The notes under the pieces are model-generated. The model had not been told where the DNA came from, searched no databases, and saw nothing but the letters and a program-made list of their open reading frames with translations. Shown piece after piece: positions 11,716 through 21,167 of a stretch of DNA of 64,000 nt. Within the stretch, counting starts at the first letter, position 1, and each line of letters starts with the position of its first letter. The DNA is from Candidatus Levyibacteriota bacterium (lineage in GTDB: Bacteria > Patescibacteriota > Microgenomatia > Levybacterales > UBA12049). The stretch covers positions 86,874 to 150,873 of the forward strand of contig JACOXU010000002.1 of NCBI GenBank assembly GCA_016182185.1, written 5' to 3'. The position numbers and the translations under genes were made by a program.

Positions 11716-14700
11716 TTATTGATTCATGAAGGCAGAAGTTTTAGATAAATTGAGTTTACCAAAATTAATATTTTGTGTCAACCTAAAGAGAAGAAAAATA
11801 AAAGTTAATATGCTCAAAGATATGCCTAGATATTCTAGATATTGAGGAAGATAAAGGATGATAATTGACGATTGACCGATTTTCCAACCATTCTGCCAGT
11901 TGTTGACTTTAACATGATCTTTAATTTCTTTGCCAAAGAAGAAAGGAAAAGTGGCTGTCAACAGACTTTTGACCTTTGAGTTTTGAGTTTTGAGTTCTAC
12001 TTCGTATGCTTTCCAACCTTCATCGTAAGCCTGGGATAGTACCAAATAGGATCCTTTATCTGGGGGATTAAATCTGTAGAGAGAAGGATTTAATTTTTTG
12101 TAATCAAGCGGAACTGTTTCGGTATTTTTTGCAATTGTCGGAGTATCCGGATTTATAAAAATCTTCATATTTCTGATTGTTTTTTCAGGGAAAGGATATA
12201 AAGCGACTTTGGATATCTCTGCCTTTGCCTTTTCAACCCCAACCGATTTGACTACAAAATGAAATCCGTATCCGCTAAATACCTCTTCAGTTTTAGGAAC
12301 AATAAATACATTTTTTCCTTTTTTTGTTGAAAGTTTTGTTTCAAGCTCAGGCCGTTTTTCGAAAGTGTTGTCCATATAAAAACTTACAGGAAGACCGGAT
12401 TCGTGCTTACTGTCAACAATCAGAATGTACGATGCCTGATGAAAAAGATTATCTCTTGAAAATGCCATTTCAGCGGATGAATTTCCCGCTGCTTCAAAAG
12501 TTACTTTGTCTTTTCCCCGAACCATTTTTGAAAACACTTTATCAGGGTATAATTCAAATCCGCCAACATTTCTTCTAAGGTCATAATTTTCAGAGATTAT
12601 ATTATCAAAACCAAATGGGCCCTTAATTTTTTTTACTACAATTCTTAAATTATCAATTCTCTCTTCTTTTATAGGCATTAAAAATGTATAAATATTGATA
12701 TTTCTTGTATCGATCATGAAAGACTCTCCCCGTGTTCCGTCACCGACCCTTATGGTATTTGGATAATTGTTTAAAAGATATGACTTGACAATGCCGTTCC
12801 TAAATGGAACAGAATAATTTATATCCTCAAAGGTTATATGAGATATACTGCCAAGACTGGTTTCAATAACAGTTGGGTTTTCAACAATTTCTATTTCCCC
12901 CCCGTTTATATAAATAGTTGGGTAGATTAGATTTATGCTAATTTTTGCTCCTGAAGCTTTAACTTCAACTGGAATAAAAAATTCATTTGAATAAAGAGAA
13001 GGAATCTCAAGAACTGAATTTTTCCCCAAGGTTTTAGAATAAGGCTTTTTAGAAATAAATGTAATTGCATCTTTATCTTCCTTTATATCGAATTCTAAAT
13101 TTTCCTGCAGTTTACCTGAGAAGAGAGATGGCATTAGGTATGAAATCTTCGCAGAGTTTTCATCGACAATATAATTCCCCAAATTGTTGTAAATAACATC
13201 TTCTTTTTGAAATTTTGAAGAGGCATATATTTTCTCGGCTTTATCGATTGAAAATATCGGTGACGTATTTCCGTTGAATTCATAAATTATAAGCTTACCA
13301 AATATATTTTTCTTCACCAGAAGTTCACTTTTCTCGATGAATTCCCTAAGGCTGTTATAATTTATTGCGTAACGAGTCAGTGAATTTAAAACAGAAGTGT
13401 CAAGAAGAATATACTTGACGTTATATTTAAGAAGGGCATCTTTAAATAAGTTTTGGTCTCTCGTATCGACGGCATTTGCCATTTCATTATAGAACTGTTC
13501 ATTATAAGTACTCCATGGATCAAATGCACGCTCCATAAGAGGCTGGGGGATACCATACCAGAAAAAACCTGATCCTCTGTTGCCCCAATCTCTATACTGC
13601 CAGTTCCAGAACGAATACATGGGAAATACGGCAACTCTTCCGTTGTCATTTTGGTCTTTGAAGTAGGAAAAAGCCTCTTTATAATTTGATGGAACCTCGA
13701 GTCTTAGAAGCGGGCTGATAAAGTGACCCCTAAAGGCTGGAAGAGAAAGATAGAAAATAATAAAGATAAAAATTATCCCGAGAACAAAGCTTACCCTTCT
13801 TTTGTTAATCCAAGCAAGAATTGAATATAGCCCGAAAATAAGAAATAGGGAGAAGCAAAAGGCAAAAAGAATTATAAATTTGGTGAAGGGGAATCTGAAC
13901 GCTTCTCCAAGAACAGGGATAAATGTTCGAAAGAGATCATTAACCTGCGCAAAGAAAATAGTATTATTCGCAAGAAAAACAAAGGTAATCAACATCGAAA
14001 CTGCATAGGGAAGAAGGTTCCAGTTTTTTCTGACAAAAGTAATTATAATGCCAATTAGAGTAACGACGAGAATTAACAGAAAGCCAATCTGATAGGGAAG
14101 TGATTTATAATTCTGATACCAGCGAAGCATAAAAAGCACATCTGCCCCGAATGCCTGATCGTACTCAATGCTGTTTAACATGAATCCTTTAAGCGTCAGA
14201 ACGCTTTTTATATCTCCGTGAGCTTTATTTCTGTAGAAGATTTCCTCAGAGGAAAACTGATTAATTCTCGTGTTTCTTATCTCTGATTGGGTTTTAACTG
14301 CGCTGTAAGTATAAGGAAGAAGCCAGAATGCATTTGCCAAAAGTACGGTTAGAATTACCATAAGCCCTACTTTGATTTGTCCGGTTTTTATGATATGAAA
14401 AAGAGAAATTGTTCCCAAAAGAATAAGGAATACCAAAAATACCGTAGGGACAAATCCTTGAGGGCTGGCAAGAAGGGAAGCAAGAAAAAGTATCAAGTAA
14501 TTCTTGGGAGCTGGTTTTCTTAGGGCTTTTGTGATGAAAAGCGCAAGCCAGGGAAGTGCTGCAAAATGAAAAGCAAAGACTTCAAGAGGAGCAAAATACA
14601 TTTGAATAACTCCGAGGTTTAACATATAAAATAAGGCTCCCACAAAACAGAAGATTTTATTTTTGGTCTTCTCAATCTCGTTTTTGAAAATATAGCTTGA

Positions 14701-15012
14701 AAATATGAAGAAGCCTATACCTCCGACAAGATGAGTAAGCATGATAAAAGTAAAGCGCAAGAGATCTTGTGGCAGAATAAGAGACAGCAAAAAAATATAA
14801 ATAGTATGGAAAAGATTTGCAGCCTGAGCCATTCCATCAAGTACCCCTAAGCCTCTGTAATCTTGCCAGACACCGAAGAGTGACCGCTCAAGATTAAGTC
14901 CAAGATTGAATTCAGGCATTATATTGTCCCAGCCAATCAGATAGCGCCCGGGCGAATAATTTGTAATAAATAAAATGATCTCCAAAAGTATAAGGGCGGC
15001 TATGTAAATCAT
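11716..15012 (-). CDS. large polytopic membrane protein (GT-C/YfhO-like) with a big extracellular domain
   Basis: 1098 aa; many N-terminal TMs, FRFPFTKF, C-terminal LVLSQAYDEGWKAY...VNNWQNGW plus a final TM. Confidence 0.75.
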   Translation of the reverse strand: MIYIAALILLEIILFITNYSPGRYLIGWDNIMPEFNLGLNLERSLFGVWQDYRGLGVLDGMAQAANLFHTIYIFLLSLILPQDLLRFTFIMLTHLVGGIGFFIFSSYIFKNEIEKTKNKIFCFVGALFYMLNLGVIQMYFAPLEVFAFHFAALPWLALFITKALRKPAPKNYLILFLASLLASPQGFVPTVFLVFLILLGTISLFHIIKTGQIKVGLMVILTVLLANAFWLLPYTYSAVKTQSEIRNTRINQFSSEEIFYRNKAHGDIKSVLTLKGFMLNSIEYDQAFGADVLFMLRWYQNYKSLPYQIGFLLILVVTLIGIIITFVRKNWNLLPYAVSMLITFVFLANNTIFFAQVNDLFRTFIPVLGEAFRFPFTKFIILFAFCFSLFLIFGLYSILAWINKRRVSFVLGIIFIFIIFYLSLPAFRGHFISPLLRLEVPSNYKEAFSYFKDQNDNGRVAVFPMYSFWNWQYRDWGNRGSGFFWYGIPQPLMERAFDPWSTYNEQFYNEMANAVDTRDQNLFKDALLKYNVKYILLDTSVLNSLTRYAINYNSLREFIEKSELLVKKNIFGKLIIYEFNGNTSPIFSIDKAEKIYASSKFQKEDVIYNNLGNYIVDENSAKISYLMPSLFSGKLQENLEFDIKEDKDAITFISKKPYSKTLGKNSVLEIPSLYSNEFFIPVEVKASGAKISINLIYPTIYINGGEIEIVENPTVIETSLGSISHITFEDINYSVPFRNGIVKSYLLNNYPNTIRVGDGTRGESFMIDTRNINIYTFLMPIKEERIDNLRIVVKKIKGPFGFDNIISENYDLRRNVGGFELYPDKVFSKMVRGKDKVTFEAAGNSSAEMAFSRDNLFHQASYILIVDSKHESGLPVSFYMDNTFEKRPELETKLSTKKGKNVFIVPKTEEVFSGYGFHFVVKSVGVEKAKAEISKVALYPFPEKTIRNMKIFINPDTPTIAKNTETVPLDYKKLNPSLYRFNPPDKGSYLVLSQAYDEGWKAYEVELKTQNSKVKSLLTATFPFFFGKEIKDHVKVNNWQNGWKIGQSSIIILYLPQYLEYLGISLSILTFIFLLFRLTQNINFGKLNLSKTSAFMNQ

Positions 15013-15014
15013 GA

Positions 15015-15932
15015 TTAATTAACAGAAAAGGGAATAAATCTTTGCAAAGGAAGTATTAGATCTTTTATTTTTATGATGCCTTTTGAGATCAAATATAAAT
15101 CTTTCGTGACGCGCTCAGGCAAGGCAAAAAGCAGTACAGATTGAATAAAACTTATCAGTACATCTTTGGGTGTAGGTTTGTAGTTATAATGCATGAACAT
15201 CCTAAGCCTTATCTTTAAAGTATTCATGAATTTATTTTTTATATTCACAAATGTATCATTCGTACTATGAATCCTATAATAGACAAGTTTTTCCTCAAGA
15301 TTTGCAAATTTGAAACCCGTACAGATGAGTTTGAAGAAAGTATGATAGTCATTGTTGGCACTATATTTAATTTGATAATAAAATCTTTTAGCCGAAATTA
15401 AACGTCTTAACATGATACTCGGATGAATAATCGGGTGAAATCTTGCATACGATTTGTAAATGTCGTTGTTGGTCAGAGGCTCAAGTTTCTCGCCGATAAT
15501 AATTCCTCTCGTATTTATTACATGAGCATTAGACCCTACCATAAAGATATCAGGATTTTTTTCCAGGAATTCAACCTGCTTTTCGAGGCGGTCAATTCCT
15601 GAAATATCGTCGGCATCCATACGAGCGATATATTTTCCCCGGGCATATTTTAAGGCAATATTGGCACAAGAATCGCCGCCCTTATTTAAATTCTTTTTAA
15701 GCCTGATTGTTTTTATTATAGACGGATATTTTTTTTGGTAACTCTTGATTATTTTCCACGATTCATCCGTTGAGCAGTCGTCGACAATAATAAATTCAAT
15801 GTTTTTGTAAGTTTGATGAAGTATACTTTCGATTGCATCAGTCAAGAAACTTCCTGCATTGAAAACAGGCATGATAACAGAAACCAAAGGTTTGGTTTCT
15901 GTAATTTTGAATTTTGAATTTTGAATTTTCAT
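15015..15932 (-). CDS. glycosyltransferase family 2
   Basis: PLVSVIMPVFN, IVDDCSTD, ARMDADD, RLEKQVEFL. Confidence 0.93.
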   Translation of the reverse strand: MKIQNSKFKITETKPLVSVIMPVFNAGSFLTDAIESILHQTYKNIEFIIVDDCSTDESWKIIKSYQKKYPSIIKTIRLKKNLNKGGDSCANIALKYARGKYIARMDADDISGIDRLEKQVEFLEKNPDIFMVGSNAHVINTRGIIIGEKLEPLTNNDIYKSYARFHPIIHPSIMLRRLISAKRFYYQIKYSANNDYHTFFKLICTGFKFANLEEKLVYYRIHSTNDTFVNIKNKFMNTLKIRLRMFMHYNYKPTPKDVLISFIQSVLLFALPERVTKDLYLISKGIIKIKDLILPLQRFIPFSVN

Positions 15933-15952
15933 TGAAAATTTTAAATTTTAAA

Positions 15953-15996
15953 TTCCCTTTTGAATCCGCAAGTTTACTTATGAACTCAAAAGGGAA
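15953..15996 (-). terminator. terminator-like hairpin closing the GC-rich unit
   Basis: TTCCCTTTTGA...TCAAAAGGGAA perfect 11-bp stem. Confidence 0.6.
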
Positions 15997-16367
15997 GGTA
16001 TGCAGAAGCGTAAAGATCAAATTGATCAGTCTTGTTATCACCGCAATTGGTGAAGCAAGATTGAATCAACGATCCAAACACTACGCCTAAGCGCTTGTTG
16101 TGCCTTCCCAGGCTGTGTCTCGCCAAATGGCTGGACTTGAGAAACCCCCGGAAGGGGGAGCTGATAACGGAGCTACCCGTCTCAATACGCTGGCTGCGTA
16201 TCTTGCCTCATCTGCCCGCTCTTCAGATGAGTTTAAAAGATATATGCAGTGGGGAAGGAGGTAATACCCACTGCCGAATTGTCCCCGAAGGGGAAGACAT
16301 TTCTAGGTGGACTCCTAACGAGGGGTCGAAGACTCCACTATGTCCTCAGAAATTGTCGACCGACGAC
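15997..16367 (-). ncRNA. hairpin-dense non-coding 3' trailer (candidate structured RNA)
   Basis: About ten consecutive stems, e.g. CCCC-TTCG-GGG, GCAGTGGG/CCCACTGC, CTCATCTG/CAGATGAG, ATACGC/GCGTAT; no credible ORF. Confidence 0.5.
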
Positions 16368-17690
16368 TTAACGCCCAGCAGGGTTAGGGTTGGCGGCGTA
16401 TTCCGCTTCTGCTGCCTGTTGGCAGTTAGCCGGCCATGAATGGCTGTCTCCACCACCTTGGAAGTTTGGCTCCTCACCGGGCCAGAGCAGGAACTTGGTC
16501 ACCTTGGTTTGGTCGAATCCAGGCCAATTGCTCCACAGGTTTACAACCCGGAAGCTGTCTGTCGGACCAGGACTCCAGTTGGTGCCCGGTATAGGCTTGA
16601 AATCCTCGCGGATTCCGTCGGGACAGCTGGCCGCAGGAGCCGGTGCTGGCTGAGCCTGTTGAATAGACTGCTGTTGCGCTGGCGCTTGGGCCTGCGGTGC
16701 CGGTGCGGGAACGTTCGAACTGGTCGAAGCTGTTCCGGGTTGGAACTGCTGTCCGTCCCTCTGCATCGCAGCGTAGTCCTGTGCGAGTAGCGCGGCGATC
16801 GCGTCCTGGCTCATGTTGACGACGTTGGCTACCACCTTGGGAGGTGATGTGCGCAGGTCGACCACAAGGCCGGAGTGATCGCTGTCGAGCCGAGCCCGAG
16901 CGTATGCAGTCGCGTCAGCGACGTAGTCATACGTACAGCCAGGCGGGTTCCATTCCCAGAGGCTGCCGTAGCCGAAGGCAATGCTCGGAACGCCATCCGG
17001 ATTGGCAATCGGGTCCACGATGAAGCTGACGGCCTTGACCCCCACTTGTGGGTAGAAGTCAAAGTGCTGACCGCCGTGTCCGCCCATTTCGATGCGGTAA
17101 GGCGGAATAGGGTTCTGAATTGAACCCTCGCTCCATGTCCCCACCTTGTCACCGGGCTGGCACGGACCGGAATAGGTCGTGCTACCGTTGCCGCTGGTGG
17201 TGACTGTCGTGTTGCCGTTGCCGTTCCCGTTGCTGCCAGGGTAGCTGGTCGCGTCGTTCGGGTCGGTGCCGTTGGCGCTCTCGACCACGTCGGAGTATCC
17301 GTCGCCGTCTGAGTCGGACGTCTGCACGATCGCCTTGCCGTTCCCGCCGTCATCGATCAGGTCATCGTCCAAAAGGCCGACGTCCTCACCGAAGAACAGG
17401 AGAAAACCGAGGAGCGCAGCAGCACCCAGAACGAGTCCACCGACATAGCGCTTAAGCCATGGTCGTGCCGCAGGCGCTGTAGGCGTCCATCCTGCCGCGG
17501 TTGCCGCTGCCGCCGGAATCGCAGCTGTCATATCCGGCTGCATACCGATGTGTACCCGGAGCGCGTTACGGACATCGTCGATCGTTGCTCCGGCAACGAT
17601 AGGTAGGCCGAAGGTGACACGTACCGCATCAAGTTCCGCCTGTGTTCGCGCTGGATCATTGACCCAGTTTAAGAGCTGAGCCCAAGTCAT
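16368..17690 (-). CDS. single-pass membrane protein with a TSP3-like Ca-binding motif and Q/P/A-rich linker
   Basis: GGAGGT SD before the ATG at 17690; one TM; DSDGDGYSD..E..GTDP motif. Confidence 0.85.
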   Translation of the reverse strand: MTWAQLLNWVNDPARTQAELDAVRVTFGLPIVAGATIDDVRNALRVHIGMQPDMTAAIPAAAATAAGWTPTAPAARPWLKRYVGGLVLGAAALLGFLLFFGEDVGLLDDDLIDDGGNGKAIVQTSDSDGDGYSDVVESANGTDPNDATSYPGSNGNGNGNTTVTTSGNGSTTYSGPCQPGDKVGTWSEGSIQNPIPPYRIEMGGHGGQHFDFYPQVGVKAVSFIVDPIANPDGVPSIAFGYGSLWEWNPPGCTYDYVADATAYARARLDSDHSGLVVDLRTSPPKVVANVVNMSQDAIAALLAQDYAAMQRDGQQFQPGTASTSSNVPAPAPQAQAPAQQQSIQQAQPAPAPAASCPDGIREDFKPIPGTNWSPGPTDSFRVVNLWSNWPGFDQTKVTKFLLWPGEEPNFQGGGDSHSWPANCQQAAEAEYAANPNPAGR

Positions 17691-17835
17691 GTTTTTACCT
17701 CCATGACTATTCTTCACGGCTTTTGACCATGAAGTCTAAACGGGATTGATAATTGGTCCCAAACCCTCCCTAAGGGCTATAAGGTTTTACCTCCTATTTT
17801 TCTCTTTACAGTTAGCTGTAAAGGCTAGGCTTTCG

Positions 17836-17991
17836 TTAGGAGGTCGTTGAGGCCTCCATGTTGATTGTGACAGGACTCGGTTCACTTCCTGTGCCGCTTG
17901 AGCTATCCAGATCTCCGCCGAGGAGACCGGTGCACAGTGCGCCCAGAAGGATGAGGACTGCCAAAATCGCGATGATCATCACGTACCGCAT
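17836..17991 (-). CDS. small membrane-anchored/secreted peptide (51 aa)
   Basis: AAGGAGG SD; MRYVMIIAILAVLILLGALC followed by an S/T-rich tail. Confidence 0.7.
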   Translation of the reverse strand: MRYVMIIAILAVLILLGALCTGLLGGDLDSSSGTGSEPSPVTINMEASTTS

Positions 17992-18002
17992 GTTCTGCCT
18001 CC

Positions 18003-18749
18003 TTACGTCCATGCCCAGCAACCGCCCCATCCGTACGCATTGACGCCGGCATTCACCCAGTAGCTCTGGACTGTGCCGATGATCGGTACGGAGAACTTGA
18101 ACCGCGCTGAACTCCAGCTCTGGCCCCAGGTGCCGTAGTTGTACGGTCCAGAGGTGCTGAGATTGTCGACATCCCAGCCGAGCATAGAGCCGGCAGTTCG
18201 GAAAGGCGTGAACATGGTCATTACGCGCGAGCCGTCGTACAGAAACGACTGGTTGTGCTTGAGCCAAGCCACCTTCTGGCCGAAGATATTCTTGGCTGCA
18301 ATTTCACTCCAGCACGACCTGTAGTACGAGGCAGCCGCTGTTGGGCCTGATCCCTCGCCTGCGATCCCCACCAGAGAGCCTATTGTCTTCCCATTGGGAT
18401 CGACGAGAGCTTGGGTCGAGATCACGGCCTCTGGATCATCTGCCGGAACAGTATTGCCAGGAGCACAAAGTGCTTTCCCGGGCATTCCGGCCACGAAGCG
18501 CAGGATGCTGAGAGCGTCCACGGTATCGATGTCGACGTCGCAGTCTACATCAGCAAGCGAGAGGCAATCGCTGTAGTCCACAAGTCCTGCGGAGAACCGC
18601 AAGGCCAAGGACGCATCGACTGCACTCACACTGCTGTCGCAGTTAGCATCGCCGAGAACCGGCTGGTAGGGAGCCGCTTGAGCTTCGGCAATCATGAAAA
18701 AGCCGATCAGCCCGAGCAAGCTCGCCAGGATCAGTACTAGGTTTCTCAA
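18003..18749 (-). CDS. secreted protein with a type I dockerin-like domain
   Basis: Signal peptide ending AQA; GDANCDSSVSAVDASLALR...ADVDCDVDIDTVDALSILR duplicated Ca-binding dockerin repeats. Confidence 0.85.
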   Translation of the reverse strand: MRNLVLILASLLGLIGFFMIAEAQAAPYQPVLGDANCDSSVSAVDASLALRFSAGLVDYSDCLSLADVDCDVDIDTVDALSILRFVAGMPGKALCAPGNTVPADDPEAVISTQALVDPNGKTIGSLVGIAGEGSGPTAAASYYRSCWSEIAAKNIFGQKVAWLKHNQSFLYDGSRVMTMFTPFRTAGSMLGWDVDNLSTSGPYNYGTWGQSWSSARFKFSVPIIGTVQSYWVNAGVNAYGWGGCWAWT

Positions 18750-18858
18750 GATGGAACCTCGCTTTCCTTGCTAGGATTGTTTAGTTCCATCACTGATTGC
18801 CCCCGGTATTCAGTTGTGTTGTCTTGGAACTACCACCTCCTTTGCGGTAGATTTGTCG

Positions 18859-18972
18859 CTAGATGTCGGCGTTCCCGTCGTCCTGCTGAGCTATCGGGCC
18901 AAGCCAATCACTGAATAAGAATCCAGCAAGGAAACCAAGCGCGAACACACCTACATAGATGAGCCACTTCAT
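18859..18972 (-). CDS. small single-TM peptide (37 aa)
   Basis: TGATG coupling to the upstream gene; [26 protein letters not shown]... Confidence 0.65.
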   Translation of the reverse strand: MKWLIYVGVFALGFLAGFLFSDWLGPIAQQDDGNADI

Positions 18973-19892
18973 CAGTGTTTCCTCCGCTCGTACCTTGCCC
19001 ATACCCAAATTGCCGCCGTAATGATGAGCCCAAGACCCATTACTGCAGTAGGCCATTCAAGAGAACTTTCCCTTTCGGGATCGCCTCCTGTGGGCGGGAA
19101 GCAGCAGGGTGTAGGCGCCGGCGATCCCGTCGGTGTCGGGTATGGTGTACTCGACCACGGCGGAATAAGCGTAGGCGTTATGGTTGGGCTCGGCGCTGGT
19201 GTCCGTGTTGGCGTCTCAGTCGGCGTAGGCGTCACTGTAGGTGTCGCTGTAGCCGTAGGAGTCGCTGTCGGAGTTTCCGTCGGACTCGAACTCGGAGTCG
19301 CCGTAGCAGGCACCGTTGTTGTCGGCGTCGGTGTGCTGACAGGCGTCCGGGTAGGTGTCGCCGTAACAGTTGGCGTTTCCGTCGGGCTTGGTGTAGCCGT
19401 CGGAGTAGGCGTTGCCGTGGGTGTTGGCGTCACTGTGGGTGTCGCTGTCACCGTAGGCGTTGCCGTCGGCGTTTCCGTTGGTGTGGCCGTTGGCGTAGGA
19501 CTAGGCGTTTGGGTAGGCGTTACGGTCGGCGTCGCAGTAGGTGTACTAGTGGGTGTGCCACCAGCACAATGAGAAAGTTGAAGATGATTGCGATCATCCC
19601 CAGTCCCTACGTATGTCACGAACGCGACTGTTGAGCTTGTGATCGAACCGATTGAATCGGCTGACCACGAACCTTGGCCGCTCTGTGACATGGTGTACTG
19701 CGTACCATCGACCGTGAGAGTGGCTGACTCAACTCCAAAGGAGGGAGCCAGAACCCAGTGTCCTCCGTTTGCGCACGGAAGATTCTCTGAACCGTTGCCA
19801 GTCCAGGGAATCGTACCATCCGCATCGGCCTGTCCTGTGATCGCTACGACCGCGAAAACCATCGCTACAAGAGCGATGAAAATCTTAGTCAT
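18972..19892 (-). CDS. secreted PT-repeat surface protein with an LPXTG-like (FPPTG) sorting signal
   Basis: Signal peptide, small Cys-containing domain, long (TPT)n stalk, FPPTGG + TM + basic tail. Confidence 0.88.
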   Translation of the reverse strand: MTKIFIALVAMVFAVVAITGQADADGTIPWTGNGSENLPCANGGHWVLAPSFGVESATLTVDGTQYTMSQSGQGSWSADSIGSITSSTVAFVTYVGTGDDRNHLQLSHCAGGTPTSTPTATPTVTPTQTPSPTPTATPTETPTATPTVTATPTVTPTPTATPTPTATPSPTETPTVTATPTRTPVSTPTPTTTVPATATPSSSPTETPTATPTATATPTVTPTPTETPTRTPAPSPTITPTLIPPWSSTPYPTPTGSPAPTPCCFPPTGGDPERESSLEWPTAVMGLGLIITAAIWVWARYERRKH

Positions 19893-19987
19893 TCCTGACC
19901 TCTTTCTTTCTCCGACAGCTGTCAGCTGTAGGGTAGGCTTGACAATAGTTTCGGGTCGCCGTTAGAATGAGTATCGCTTTACGCGTC

Positions 19988-20065
19988 CTATCGGGGGCGA
20001 AGGTTGGCACGGCGCTTGTTTGGGCGCTTAGCCTTCTTTCGCTTGTGTCCGGGTCCCCAACTCAA
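19988..20065 (-). CDS. Arg/Lys-rich micropeptide (25 aa)
   Basis: AAGGAGG SD + TTG; MSWGPGHKRKKAKRPNKRRANLRPR. Confidence 0.55.
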   Translation of the reverse strand: MSWGPGHKRKKAKRPNKRRANLRPR

Positions 20066-20076
20066 ATTAAGCCTCC

Positions 20077-20220
20077 TTAGGCTTGACGATGGATTGTTGC
20101 TTTTGCCTCCTTTGGTCGGATTAGAGATCGCGAACGATCTCGCATATTGTTACCGTTGGTGTGGCGTCTGCGCAACTTCCCATTATTCGGTTGTTTGACG
20201 GGTTTCTTTTTCCCGGTCAC
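20077..20220 (-). CDS. basic micropeptide (47 aa)
   Basis: AAGGAGG SD, GTG overlapping the upstream TGA; MTGKKKPVKQPNNGKLRRRHTNGNNMRDRSRSLIRPKEAKATIHRQA. Confidence 0.55.
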   Translation of the reverse strand: MTGKKKPVKQPNNGKLRRRHTNGNNMRDRSRSLIRPKEAKATIHRQA

Positions 20221-20384
20221 ATCCGATATTCCTCCTTGTGTCTGTCTTTGAACTGGATTGTGTCATCATTGATGTCGTTATAGCCTCCGCCTCCGTTACG
20301 ATCCTCTCGTCTCCGCCTCATCGTCGCTCGCCGATCCGCTTGTTTGCGGTTCTGCTTTTCGTGCTTACGCTTGTTGCGGGACAT
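20217..20384 (-). CDS. basic micropeptide (55 aa)
   Basis: AAGGAG SD; MSRNKRKHEKQNRKQADRRATMRRRREDRNGGGGYNDINDDTIQFKDRHKEEYRM. Confidence 0.6.
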   Translation of the reverse strand: MSRNKRKHEKQNRKQADRRATMRRRREDRNGGGGYNDINDDTIQFKDRHKEEYRM

Positions 20385-20393
20385 GATGCTCCT

Positions 20394-20519
20394 TTACGGC
20401 TCGAGGTTTACTTCATCTGTTTGTGCGCGTGTCTCGTCCACCTCGCGGGTGAAGTTGACTTGAACGAACACAAGCTTGAGCAATTCCCAGTAGGCGCTGA
20501 AAAGGCTTTTCAAGCTCAC
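20394..20519 (-). CDS. small hypothetical protein (41 aa)
   Basis: GAAAGGTG SD + GTG; MSLKSLFSAYWELLKLVFVQVNFTREVDETRAQTDEVNLEP. Confidence 0.5.
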   Translation of the reverse strand: MSLKSLFSAYWELLKLVFVQVNFTREVDETRAQTDEVNLEP

Positions 20520-20576
20520 CACCTTTCACCAAGTAAATAGTTGATTATTCGGTTGTGTCTGGTCGAGGGAAGGTTG

Positions 20577-20690
20577 CTACTTGTGCATCCTTCCGGATTT
20601 TCTCGGCCGTTTGGCGTCCTTTTTGTGTTCACGCCTCTCAGCCTTGGTCTGCCCGTTTTTCTTAGGCCTCTTGTGCATCCGTGATGCCAT
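20577..20690 (-). CDS. Arg/Lys-rich micropeptide (37 aa)
   Basis: AAGGGGG SD; MASRMHKRPKKNGQTKAERREHKKDAKRPRKSGRMHK. Confidence 0.6.
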   Translation of the reverse strand: MASRMHKRPKKNGQTKAERREHKKDAKRPRKSGRMHK

Positions 20691-20701
20691 AAAATCCCCC
20701 T

Positions 20702-20794
20702 TTAGCCGAATACGCCTAAAAAGGCGAGTAGTGAGAACGAGATGAAAGCTGCACAGATCAGAAGCATCAGAAAGAGAACTTCACCGTCGCTCAT
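20702..20794 (-). CDS. single-TM micropeptide (30 aa)
   Basis: AAAGGA SD; MSDGEVLFLMLLICAAFISFSLLAFLGVFG. Confidence 0.6.
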   Translation of the reverse strand: MSDGEVLFLMLLICAAFISFSLLAFLGVFG

Positions 20795-20999
20795 CTCTTG
20801 TCCTTTCCCGCCAATTTTGGCGAAGCTAGCTTGAATTGACTTGTGTGCGCATCTTGTCAGCTTCATTTTCACGTCAAACGTGACTTTGCTGAAGCTAGAC
20901 TTGAGCGAACATAAGTTTCCTCCAAGCACCGGATGGATATGAGCATCACCTCCTCTCAGAGGTCTCTTCGCTTGCCGCGTTTGACGCGATTTGCGAAGG

Positions 21000-21167
21000 C
21001 TAGGTTGAGCTCGCCTGTGCGGCGAATGCTCCAGCTAGGATTAATAGGGCGGTAGCCATGAAGCAAACACCAGCGGATCCGTAGAACCTGCCGGCCAAAG
21101 CTGAGCCTGCGGCTGCGCCCGAAATGAAAGCACCGATGCCTACTATTGCAACTATCACGAAGTCCAT
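21000..21167 (-). CDS. two-TM Gly/Ala-rich small protein (55 aa)
   Basis: GGAGGA SD; MDFVIVAIVGIGAFISGAAAGSALAGRFYGSAGVCFMATALLILAGAFAAQASST. Confidence 0.65.
   Translation of the reverse strand: MDFVIVAIVGIGAFISGAAAGSALAGRFYGSAGVCFMATALLILAGAFAAQASST

Noticed and set aside
19100-19560. Tandem repeats as a possible CRISPR array
   Set aside because: Degenerate codon-level PT repeats with no constant repeat and spacer structure; no cas genes in the window.
18975-19965. Arg-rich and Val/Gly-rich plus-strand ORFs
   Set aside because: Antisense frames of the TPT-repeat gene; no SD, and their composition is explained by the repeat.
20183-20197. Fourth copy of the AACCGAATA motif
   Set aside because: It lies inside a coding frame (KQPNN) and may be coincidental.
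20820-20946. Possible degenerate paralog of the 41-aa ORF at 20394-20519
   Set aside because: Only short similarity (GTTCG.TCAAGTC..CTTCA) and no intact frame; too weak to call.
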